64,000 nucleotides of DNA. It comes from Planctomycetota bacterium (GTDB lineage Bacteria; Planctomycetota; UBA8108; SXIK01). The translations under genes were made by a program, and so were the position numbers. Each line of letters starts with the position of its first letter. Positions within the stretch are counted from its first letter, which is position 1. Under the pieces are notes generated by a model. It was given only the letters and a program-made list of their open reading frames with translations. It was not told the DNA's origin and searched no databases. The stretch spans positions 480,001-544,000 of the forward strand of contig CBDCXR010000004.1 of NCBI GenBank assembly GCA_965223845.1, given 5' to 3'. Shown here in pieces: positions 18,961 through 27,528 of the stretch.

Positions 18961-20313
18961 ATGTTTCGCCGTTCAGAATTATTCCGTCGGTTCGCGGCTA
19001 ACGCAAAGCTCGGCGCGTTCGCGTCGTGCGTTCTCGTTGCTTGCGCGGGTGCGCGGGAACGGCCCGTTCTGATCGAGTTCGACGTGGTCACCGCTTCCAG
19101 TTCAACGGACGCGGACCTCGACGACTCGGACGAAAACGAGGTCGAGGTGGCTGCGGAGAGAGCGCGAGTGCGACTTTACTTACGCGGGCCCTTCTGTCGA
19201 GTCGAAGCGAGCGTTCGGAGCTCGGCCAGCGCGTCCTCGGGCGGTGCGGCGCCCGCGGCGGTGGCGATCTACGACGATGAGACCAGGGTCGTGTGGGAAG
19301 CTCGTCGCGGGCGAGAATTCGAGCGGCGCGGCTACGACGTGCTCGACTACGACGCGGCCACGCGAAGGCGGCGCGGTCGGATCGATCTCTACTCGCTGGC
19401 GATCGAGCGGCGTGGCGAGTGGGAAGGCACCTGGTCGGATCTCAACGGCTCCGGGCAGTCGCGCGAGATCGATCGGGCTCGGTTCGGCGGACGTCCGGCG
19501 CGCGTGGTTCGCCTCGCGGTCGAGCCCGGAGTCTATTGGGACGTCACGCTCGCCGCCGGCGACGTGGCCCCGGTCGACCCGGCGTTCGCGACGCCGAAGA
19601 TCCTGAGCGGTGTGTTCGGCGTCGCGCCCGGGCGAGCGGGCCGACTCGCGACGGCGCTCCGAGAGCTCCCGGTCGCCGTCGACGGCTACGTCTTGGGGGA
19701 CGACGGCATCGAGTCGGCGTTCGCCGCGACCCTCTTCGATGTCCGACCCGCTGCGCCGGCATCCGACTCCCTCTGGCCGGACGACGCTACACTCGCGCGC
19801 CGCGAGGAACTCGATCGCCGTCTCTCCTCGACGGATGTGCTCCTCGATGCGGTGTCGCGTCCGGACGCTCTGTCCACGCCGGTGACACTCAGCGAGCTGT
19901 GCCTCCGCATCGCGGCGCGGATCGAAATCGACGACGTGACGCGGGTCGTCGATCTCGTCGCCGGCGCGGAGCACGAATCCGAACGCGTCGAGCTCGCCCG
20001 CGCGCTCCTCCGCCGATTCCCGCGCCGGGCTTGGGTGGCCCTGCGGCCGAGTCTCGACTCGCCTCGGATCGAGCTGGCCGCGGGACTAGTCGAGGCCCTC
20101 ATCGCCGAGCGCCATCCGGCCGCACGCGCAAGTCTTCTTCGCGTTCTCCGCCAGCGCGACCGCTGGGCGTCCGATGTGCCACCGGAGGAGATCGAGCGCT
20201 GGGCACTCGGCCATCTCCGCGTCCTGAGTGGCATTCCTCTTGCACGTCTTCTCGAGCAGCTCCCCAGCGGGGCAGACGCCGAGCTCGAGACGTGGCTCGC
20301 ATCCGAGGAGTGA
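18961..20313 (+). CDS. Hypothetical probable lipoprotein with a C-terminal helical/HEAT-like region
   Basis: Long ORF with coding-like codon usage. Candidate lipobox LVAC near the ATG at 18961. Start uncertain. Confidence 0.6.
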   Translation: MFRRSELFRRFAANAKLGAFASCVLVACAGARERPVLIEFDVVTASSSTDADLDDSDENEVEVAAERARVRLYLRGPFCRVEASVRSSASASSGGAAPAAVAIYDDETRVVWEARRGREFERRGYDVLDYDAATRRRRGRIDLYSLAIERRGEWEGTWSDLNGSGQSREIDRARFGGRPARVVRLAVEPGVYWDVTLAAGDVAPVDPAFATPKILSGVFGVAPGRAGRLATALRELPVAVDGYVLGDDGIESAFAATLFDVRPAAPASDSLWPDDATLARREELDRRLSSTDVLLDAVSRPDALSTPVTLSELCLRIAARIEIDDVTRVVDLVAGAEHESERVELARALLRRFPRRAWVALRPSLDSPRIELAAGLVEALIAERHPAARASLLRVLRQRDRWASDVPPEEIERWALGHLRVLSGIPLARLLEQLPSGADAELETWLASEE

Positions 20314-20477
20314 TTCCGGAGTCCTCCCGGACGCCCGTCCCGACGGCGCCGTCGTCGCTCGCTCGGGCGCGGTCCGCGATGTCGATCGCGAACCGCGTGC
20401 GTTGCGACAGAAGGACCACTCACTCCGGCGCGGCCCTCCGCGGCGGACTCGAACAACCGCAGCATCAGGTGAAAGAA

Positions 20478-21572
20478 ATGTCCAAGACCGCGAAGAAGGG
20501 CGCCTCCTCTTCCGCCACGGCGACCGCCGTTCGGCTCGGCATCGACCTCGGAACCAACAGCTCCGTCGTCGCTGCGGCGCACGACGGGAAGCCCGTCAAG
20601 ATCGAGGACGACGTCGTACGCTCAGTGGTAGGCTTCCCGAAGGCCGGAATCATCCCCGGGATCCTGCCGAACGACTCCGAGGTTCTCTTCGGCGACGAGG
20701 CGATCGACTACCGGCTCCACCTCGACCTCAAGTGGCCTCTCAACGAGGGTGTTGTCGACGATCTCGAAGTCGCGCGCACCTTCGCGGGGCACCTCCGCAG
20801 CATCGTCGACAAGACGGGAAAGAACACGCTCTGGGGTGTCGTCGGTGCGCCCGCGAACGCCACGGCCGAGCAACAGAAAGCGCTTCGCTCGACCATGGCG
20901 GGCGTCCTCGAGCGGCTCCTGGTCGTTCCCGAGCCGTTCCTCGCGGCGATGGGACTGCGCGACGACTCGGCGTTCACCGAAAAGGGCGGCGACCCGACGA
21001 AGCACTCGCTGATCGTCGACATCGGCGGCGGAACCACTGATCTTTGCTTGGTCCGCGGCTATTTCCCGACGGCGGACGACCAGATCAGCTACCCGCAGGC
21101 TGGCGGTCACATCGATCATCTCTTCTCCGACGCGCTCGGGCGCCGCTATCCGGATCTGAAGCTCACGCCGGTGACGATCACTCAGCTCAAGGAAGAGCAC
21201 TCGTTCGTCCCGGGATTCGAGCGCGAAGCGAAGGTGAAAGTCTACGTCGACGGCCGCCCGCAGCTCGTCGACTTCACGGCGATCATCGCCGAAGCGTGCG
21301 GCGCGATGGTGCCGATCATCGTCGACGGGATCAAAGAGCTTCTCACGCGCTGCGATTCCGATTCGATCGTGAACGTGATGGAGAACATCATCGTGACCGG
21401 CGGCGGCTCGCAGATCCACGGGATCACCGAGAAGATCCAGGAAGTACTCGTCGCTGACGGGTACGACTGCGCCCGAACGATTCGCCCCAGCGACTACAAG
21501 CGCCTCGTTGCTCAAGGCGCCCTGCGCATCGCCGAGAACGTACGCGACGAGCAGTGGCAGGTGCCGATGTAG
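20478..21572 (+). CDS. Actin-family ATPase, MamK-like (MreB/Mbl superfamily)
   Basis: GIDLGT (phosphate 1), EPF (connect 1), DIGGGTTD (phosphate 2), TGGGSQI (adenosine). SVVGFPK, GDEA, KEEHSFV and GALRIAE...W match MamK rather than MreB as I recall them. Confidence 0.9.
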   Translation: MSKTAKKGASSSATATAVRLGIDLGTNSSVVAAAHDGKPVKIEDDVVRSVVGFPKAGIIPGILPNDSEVLFGDEAIDYRLHLDLKWPLNEGVVDDLEVARTFAGHLRSIVDKTGKNTLWGVVGAPANATAEQQKALRSTMAGVLERLLVVPEPFLAAMGLRDDSAFTEKGGDPTKHSLIVDIGGGTTDLCLVRGYFPTADDQISYPQAGGHIDHLFSDALGRRYPDLKLTPVTITQLKEEHSFVPGFEREAKVKVYVDGRPQLVDFTAIIAEACGAMVPIIVDGIKELLTRCDSDSIVNVMENIIVTGGGSQIHGITEKIQEVLVADGYDCARTIRPSDYKRLVAQGALRIAENVRDEQWQVPM

Positions 21573-21612
21573 TCGGTTCCGGTAACGGAGTCGACGCTCC
21601 GTCCGCGATGCG

Positions 21613-21652
21613 AACGGGCCCCGAGCCGCCCAAGCGGCTCGGGGCCCGTTTT
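21613..21652. terminator. Intrinsic terminator, probably bidirectional, between the actin gene and rpmH
   Basis: 17-bp perfect stem AACGGGCCCCGAGCCGC-ccaa-GCGGCTCGGGGCCCGTT followed by TT. Confidence 0.85.
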
Positions 21653-21722
21653 CGTAGCGGTGGGTTTCCGCGGGTGGTCACCCGCGCGAGAGAAACCCCT
21701 CTACGACGAGAGCAAACTCGCC

Positions 21723-21872
21723 CTACCCGCCGCGGCGCTTCTTGTGGCCAGGGAGCTTCCGGCCGATGCGGCGGCGACGGTTGATCATCTTCCGGCCGCT
21801 CTTCGTTTTCATGCGGTAGCGGAAGCCGCGCTTGTCGCGCTTGACGTTGCTCTTGCGAATTCTGACGTGCAT
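21723..21872 (-). CDS. rpmH: 50S ribosomal protein L34 (49 aa; absent from the supplied ORF track)
   Basis: Manual translation: MHVRIRKSNVKRDKRGFRYRMKTKSGRKMINRRRRIGRKLPGHKKRRGG. Contains the L34 signature GFRxRMxTxxGRxxxxRRRxxGR. GGAG upstream. Confidence 0.92.
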   Translation of the reverse strand: MHVRIRKSNVKRDKRGFRYRMKTKSGRKMINRRRRIGRKLPGHKKRRGG

Positions 21873-22023
21873 GGTTCTGAACTCCGCGGCCGCGCGGGAG
21901 GCGCGCTGGCTCGCCGTTGTTCTCCGAGGTGGCGAGCCTCAGGGGACCACGATCGGAGTGCCCTCTCGCGGGAAGCTGCCTCGCTCGGACGGACGGAGCA
22001 TTATAGGGAGGGCGTTCGCGGGG

Positions 22024-23046
22024 TCAAAGGCGAAACTGCCCGCGGCCCAGGATGTCGTGAAGGTGGACGATTCCCTGCGGTCGCCCGTGGGGATCGACGA
22101 CCGCGAGGGCGGTGATTCCGTGGACTTCCATGAGGCGGAGGGCGTCTGCGGCGGACGCTTCGGGCTCGACGAGCTTGGGTCGCCGCCCCATGAACGAAGA
22201 GACGGGTTCTGCGAGCAGCGAGTCCGCGGCGCCCGGCTCCGCCGAATCTCGCGCCGCGAGAACTGCTCGACGGATGTCGCCGTCCGTGATGATCCCGCGC
22301 AGTCGACCGTCGCGGTCGACGACGAGGGAGAGCCCGAGGTTGTCGCGCCGGGTCATCTCGTCGAGGGTGTCGCCGACGGTCGCGCTCTCCTCCACTTTCG
22401 GCATCGACTCACCGGAGCGCATGAGATCGCGGACGAGGTGACGAAGCCTCTCGCCGAGCGAGCCGCCGGGATGGAATCGGAGGAAGTTCTCGCGGGTGAA
22501 TCCGCGCCGTTCGGAGAGGACCATCGCGAGCGCGTCACCGACCGCGAGCGTGACCGTCGTCGACGCCGTCGGTGCGAGTCCGAGGGGGCAGACTTCGCGC
22601 TCGACCCCGACGTCGAGCCAGAGGTCGGCGGAACGCGCGAGGGCCGACTCGCCGTTCCCGGTGAGCGCGATGATCCGCGCGCCGATCGTTCGGGCCGCCT
22701 CGGTCACCGCCAGGACCTCCGCCGTCTCGCCACTCGCCGAGATCGGCATCAGCACGTCGCCCTCACACAGCATCCCGAGGTCGCCGTGGAGCGCTTCCAC
22801 GGGACGAAGGTAGAAGGCGGGAGTGCCGGTCGACGCGAATGTCGCTGCGATTTTCTCGCCGATCGTGCCCGACTTGCCCACGCCGGTGAGGGCGACCCGT
22901 CCGCGGTGATCGAGGAGCGTTTCGACGACCGTCGAGAACGCCTCGCCGAGCTGCTCGCTCGTGCGCAGGATTGCCCGCGCCTCCTCCTCGAGGATGCGGC
23001 GGCCGCTCGCGACGGCGTCCGTTGGCGGTGCTTGGCGTTCGGTCAT
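22024..23046 (-). CDS. kdsD: KpsF/GutQ family arabinose-5-phosphate isomerase (SIS + 2 CBS)
   Basis: TGVGKSG, STGTPA, EALHGDLG, CPLGLAPTAST, FHPGGSLG, GIITDGD, VHLHD. Confidence 0.95.
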   Translation of the reverse strand: MTERQAPPTDAVASGRRILEEEARAILRTSEQLGEAFSTVVETLLDHRGRVALTGVGKSGTIGEKIAATFASTGTPAFYLRPVEALHGDLGMLCEGDVLMPISASGETAEVLAVTEAARTIGARIIALTGNGESALARSADLWLDVGVEREVCPLGLAPTASTTVTLAVGDALAMVLSERRGFTRENFLRFHPGGSLGERLRHLVRDLMRSGESMPKVEESATVGDTLDEMTRRDNLGLSLVVDRDGRLRGIITDGDIRRAVLAARDSAEPGAADSLLAEPVSSFMGRRPKLVEPEASAADALRLMEVHGITALAVVDPHGRPQGIVHLHDILGRGQFRL

Positions 23047-23357
23047 GATCGACTCGATGGGGTCCCAGTCCGCGGAGGTCGAGGGTCGGTGGGGGGACGG
23101 CTCTCGAGAGGCACGTCGGCGGATGGCGATCGAGCCTGTGTTATAGCGCGGCGGCGCCCCGAGTCCACCGTCCGCGGTGTCTTGGCCGCTCGATCTCCGC
23201 CGCGGCCGCTCCGGCCTTCCCCCGTCCGGGGATTGTTCGAGTCGCCGGCTCGCGCCAGCGACGGGCGCGCATGCTAAAATCGACCGCTCACCCGGAATCG
23301 TACCCTCGTCGACCGTCGCGAGCGCGTACCGCCGACTTCCTCGGAGGACCCGACGAC

Positions 23358-26300
23358 ATGACTGCAGCGACCGTTCCGCCCGCGCGCGGCGATTCGAGGG
23401 TGATTCGATACGCCCACGAATGGCTCCGGCCGGCCGCCGTGTGCGTTGCTGCGGTGTGCGGGGCGATTCTCGCGGGATGCGATTCTTCGTCTCGTTCCTC
23501 CGGCGTGCGCGCTGCCCTTCGGATCAACGAGGTGATGGCGCGGAACAGCTCCACGGTTCTCAGGGACGACTCGGGGCGGCCGATCGTCCAGGACTGGGTC
23601 GAGCTCTACAACGACGGCCCGGAACCGCTGACGCTCCAGGGCTACAGTCTCACGGACAACCCGAGGCGCCGCGGGCGCTTCCGCTTTCCGCCGGGCGCGG
23701 AGATCGCCCCGGGCGAGTTCGTCGTCGTCTTCGTCTTCAATCGCGACCGCTGCGAGGAGCGGTGCGACGACCGCCTCGCGACTTGCCTCACCCCTCGACC
23801 CGGCGAAGACGAGCCCTCGCAGGACGACATCGCCGAGTGCGAGCGCGCCTACGATACTTGTCTCGAGTCGTGCGAGCCGGTCGGGTTCATTGCCGATTTC
23901 GGGCTCGGTGGATCGGAACGCATGTATCTCTACGACGGCGACGCGCTCGTCGATCAGGTCGGCGTAACGGAGATCCCGCCCGACGTCTCCGTCGGCCGAT
24001 TCCCGGATGGATCCGGTGGCTTCGAAGTGATCTACGCGGGGCCGACTCCGGGAACGGGCAACCGTCCCGCCGGAGTGCCTCCGCCCGCGATCTCCGCTTC
24101 GCTCAGTCCCGAGGCGTTGATTCCGGACTGCGGCGAAGACGTGACTCTCAGCTTCAGCGTCAGCGTCGAGACGGCGGACGTCGAGGCGGTCGATGTCGTC
24201 GTCGAGCTCGCCGACGTCGCGCAGTGCGGCGACCTCGTTTCGGACGAGGATTTCGCGCTCGCCGTCGAGCCGGAGTTCGTCGAAGCGGTGACCGGAGAGC
24301 CGTTCGAAGTGCCCGATCTCAACAACGAGCTGCGTACGGTCGAGCCGACCGTGTTCACCTATTCGGCGACCCTCCCGGGATCGCCGTGCGGGACGACGCG
24401 GCGCGCGCGGATTCGGGCCCGCGCGGACGAGGTCGAGACCGTCGAGCGTCTCGGGTGCTTCACTTGGGCGGAAGACCAGAGCCTCGCGCCGGTTCGCATC
24501 AACGAGTACGTCCCGCGGAACACGGAGCTCGTATTCACGTACCAGCGCGCGCGGTTCATTCGTGCGGGTCAGATGGATCCCGATCCGCCCACCCCGGCGT
24601 CCGATTGGTTTGAGCTCGTCAACTACGGCGACGCCCCGATCGATATTTCGCGCTTCGGGATCGCGAGCCTCAACGATTGGGAAGAGTTCTTGAGCGGCCA
24701 GGTCGACGTCCTCGACACGTGGACGCTCGTCGACCCCGATCCTCTCTCCGAGGAGACGCCCGAGCAGGTCATCATCGACCCGGGTTGTTTTCTCGTCGTT
24801 CTCGCCGACAACGACGGCGGGAGCGACGCGGATCAGTTCCGCCAAACCTATCGCCTCTTCGATCCTGAGATGTTCCGCGGCGACCTCGGTTGTCAGCTCA
24901 CCGATTCGAGCGGCGACCCGTATTTTTTCTCCACCGACTTCGGCCTCGACGCGACGACGCAGAATCGCATCGACGGTTTTGTCTTCGTCGACGAAAACGG
25001 TCGCCGACTCGACGCGGTCGAGCTCGCGTTCGAGAGCATTCCGCCGGATCTGGTCGACGAAACCGGCGCCGTGCCGACCGTGCGCGCGAACGTCGCCCTC
25101 GGGCGACTGCCCCTTGCCGACGAAACCTTCAGTGAAGACCTCGTGCCGGGCGAGTTTCTCTGCGTACCGACCCCGGGCGCGGACAATACACTCCTCTGCG
25201 ACGTCCCGCCGCGCTTCGATCCCGATGTGCTCGTTCTTCCCCGGAACCCTCGGGCCGGCGAGCCCGTGGCCGTCTCCGGGAAGGTCAACTTCGACCTCGA
25301 TACGACGAGCGTCGACCAGCGCTTCGAGGTCCACTATCGCGTCGAGCGCGCCGGCGGCGGTGCGTCGGACGAGGTGCTCACTCTCGCCGACGACGCCCTC
25401 GTGCTCGAAGAATCCGCGGACCAGACGGACGCCGCCGCCGCGAGTCGACTCTACGACTTCGTCGCCACGTTCCCGGGATTCGAGAGCGGAGACTTCGTGA
25501 CGTTCTTCTGCTTCGCGCAGGACCTGTCCGACGGTGGCGACAACTCGGAGGTGTTCTTCACTGAAGACGACACCCCGCGCAGCTCGATGCGTTTCGTCGT
25601 CGGATTCGAGCCGCCGGCGGACCACCCGCGGATCACCGAAGTGCTGCCGCTCAATCAGACGATCGTCTTGCCGCCGTTCGTCGACGTGCCGATGCCACCG
25701 ACTCCCGACTACGCCGAGATTCACAACCCGAGCGGGGAAGCTTGGGATCTCAGCGGATACTACCTCGCGCAGGTCGACCCGACGAGCGAGCGGCGCAGCG
25801 TGCTCTCTCGTCCGCGCGAGTGGCGGTTTCCCGACGGGACGCTGCTCCCGGCCGGCGAGTCGCTCCCGCTCTACTTCGGTGGGGTCGGGGAGGAGTTCCT
25901 CGAGGTCGATTTCAACCTGGGGTGTCCCGAGTCGCTGTTCCTCATCGCTCCGGACGATGCCGCGCGCGGCGCGCACTCGGTGATCGACTCGGTCGCGTGG
26001 GGACTGAATCTATGCAACGATCTCCCCGATCGTTCCTGGGCGCGCCCCTGCGAGAGTTTCGATACGTTCGCAGTCGTCGACCCGTCTCCCGCCGAGCTCA
26101 ACTCCGCTGCCTGGCTGCCGCCGCTCTTTCACTCCGCGTATCATACGGACGTCCAGAACGTCGCGGCACTTTGCGTTTCTCCGACGTCGTTTGTGACGCT
26201 GAACGCGCACGTCTTCGTCGACGCGGCGCTCGCTGCCTCGCTCGAGTCTCAGCGCTCCGAAGACGTGATCGACTCGGCGGTGTTCGTCGTCGACTACCGG

Positions 26301-27221
26301 GACGGAAGTGATCCGCGCTTGATCCCCGCTTCGCGGCTCGATGTGACGTGCCCCGCCGCGGGCGACTGCGTCGAGGCCCCCGAGGGCTACCGGAGCGTCC
26401 GTCTGTCGACGCTCCTCGACGATCTCTCGCAGCGATCGATCGGCGCGTCCATCGAGTACGAGATCCTCGCGACGACCGCGTGCGGGCGGATGGTCGCGGG
26501 CGGTCCCTTCAGTGTCGGAACGAGCGCCGGCGACAAGCCGGCGGTCGTGATCAACGAGATCAACCTCGCCGCGCCGCTCCCGGGCGCGCCGGACGAGCCG
26601 CGGGCCTGGGTCGAGCTTCTCAACCTCGAGGGCGGCGAAGTCGACGCTTCCGGGATGTTCCTTACCGATGACCTCCAGGTATCGCAGAAGGTCGTCGTAC
26701 CGGACGGAACCACGCTCTCGGCGGGCGGATTCGCAGTCGTTCCGATCGACGGCGCGAGCGGAATGGATCTCACGGGTCGGGACGGTGAGCTCGTCCTCAT
26801 CGACTCCGTTGCGAGAGGAAGCTGCGGGGTGGACTCCTTCGCGTTCGATTATCGCGAGCGAGAGCCATCGACCTCGCTCGGCCTGCTTCCCGACGGAATG
26901 GGAGACCCGGTTGAGCTCGAGCGCCCGAGCCCCGGTGCGCCGAACGACAGCTCGGCCCCCGTATTCCTCCGCGGCGATGCGGACGAGGACGGGAGGCTCA
27001 CCGTGTCCGACATGATTCGGATCCTCTCCATTCTCTTCGATGACGATGCGGAACGACCGGCGTGCGACGACGCGCTCGACGCCGATGACGACGGTCGCAT
27101 CGCGGTGAACGACTCGCTCTTCATCGGCAACTTTCTCTTCCAGGACGGTGACCCGATCCCGCCGCCGTATCCCGAGCCCGGACCCGATCCGACGCCGGAC
27201 GACCTCGAGTGTCGTCCTTAG
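23358..27221 (+). CDS. Large lipoprotein with ~4 lamin-tail domains and a C-terminal dockerin-like module
   Basis: GGAGG upstream of ATG 23358. Lipobox LAGC. Four INE/ITE...W/Y-x-E-L/I-x-N units. C-terminal FLRGDADEDG...DALDADDDG...DPTPDDLEC. Confidence 0.85.
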   Translation: MTAATVPPARGDSRVIRYAHEWLRPAAVCVAAVCGAILAGCDSSSRSSGVRAALRINEVMARNSSTVLRDDSGRPIVQDWVELYNDGPEPLTLQGYSLTDNPRRRGRFRFPPGAEIAPGEFVVVFVFNRDRCEERCDDRLATCLTPRPGEDEPSQDDIAECERAYDTCLESCEPVGFIADFGLGGSERMYLYDGDALVDQVGVTEIPPDVSVGRFPDGSGGFEVIYAGPTPGTGNRPAGVPPPAISASLSPEALIPDCGEDVTLSFSVSVETADVEAVDVVVELADVAQCGDLVSDEDFALAVEPEFVEAVTGEPFEVPDLNNELRTVEPTVFTYSATLPGSPCGTTRRARIRARADEVETVERLGCFTWAEDQSLAPVRINEYVPRNTELVFTYQRARFIRAGQMDPDPPTPASDWFELVNYGDAPIDISRFGIASLNDWEEFLSGQVDVLDTWTLVDPDPLSEETPEQVIIDPGCFLVVLADNDGGSDADQFRQTYRLFDPEMFRGDLGCQLTDSSGDPYFFSTDFGLDATTQNRIDGFVFVDENGRRLDAVELAFESIPPDLVDETGAVPTVRANVALGRLPLADETFSEDLVPGEFLCVPTPGADNTLLCDVPPRFDPDVLVLPRNPRAGEPVAVSGKVNFDLDTTSVDQRFEVHYRVERAGGGASDEVLTLADDALVLEESADQTDAAAASRLYDFVATFPGFESGDFVTFFCFAQDLSDGGDNSEVFFTEDDTPRSSMRFVVGFEPPADHPRITEVLPLNQTIVLPPFVDVPMPPTPDYAEIHNPSGEAWDLSGYYLAQVDPTSERRSVLSRPREWRFPDGTLLPAGESLPLYFGGVGEEFLEVDFNLGCPESLFLIAPDDAARGAHSVIDSVAWGLNLCNDLPDRSWARPCESFDTFAVVDPSPAELNSAAWLPPLFHSAYHTDVQNVAALCVSPTSFVTLNAHVFVDAALAASLESQRSEDVIDSAVFVVDYRDGSDPRLIPASRLDVTCPAAGDCVEAPEGYRSVRLSTLLDDLSQRSIGASIEYEILATTACGRMVAGGPFSVGTSAGDKPAVVINEINLAAPLPGAPDEPRAWVELLNLEGGEVDASGMFLTDDLQVSQKVVVPDGTTLSAGGFAVVPIDGASGMDLTGRDGELVLIDSVARGSCGVDSFAFDYREREPSTSLGLLPDGMGDPVELERPSPGAPNDSSAPVFLRGDADEDGRLTVSDMIRILSILFDDDAERPACDDALDADDDGRIAVNDSLFIGNFLFQDGDPIPPPYPEPGPDPTPDDLECRP

Positions 27222-27528
27222 CGCGATTTGGGGGATGTTTTGCGGTTGGTCGTTGCTCCGTCCGAAGACCTACGTCTATAACTTTCGCTACTGGAACCTC
27301 CGCCGCGGGCACGCCCCCAGCGGGACCCTCCGGTAATCTCCTCCCCCGCCAATCAAATCAGCGCCCCTGCCGATATCGACGGCACGGTACACCGTGGCCG
27401 ACGACGCTGTCGCCGATCGGTATTTCCTCCGAATCGACGATGCGATCGGTCCCTCGCGTGCAGTTACGGTGCCGCTCGCTGGGTGTCCCGCACCTAGCCT
27501 ATCTGGTGATCGAGGTCGACCGTTGAAC

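Noticed and set aside
19293-20477. 759-aa version of the actin ORF
   Set aside because: The upstream Arg-rich part overlaps another gene in a different frame. Actin motifs begin just after ATG 20478.
20478-21572. Magnetosome gene island
   Set aside because: No other mam, mms, mad or feo genes are recognisable in the window.
23274-25976. 900-aa antisense ORF, and similar ones (3237-4742, 39347-41296, 52924-55017, 57531-59126)
   Set aside because: Antisense shadows typical of high-GC coding DNA, with no motifs.
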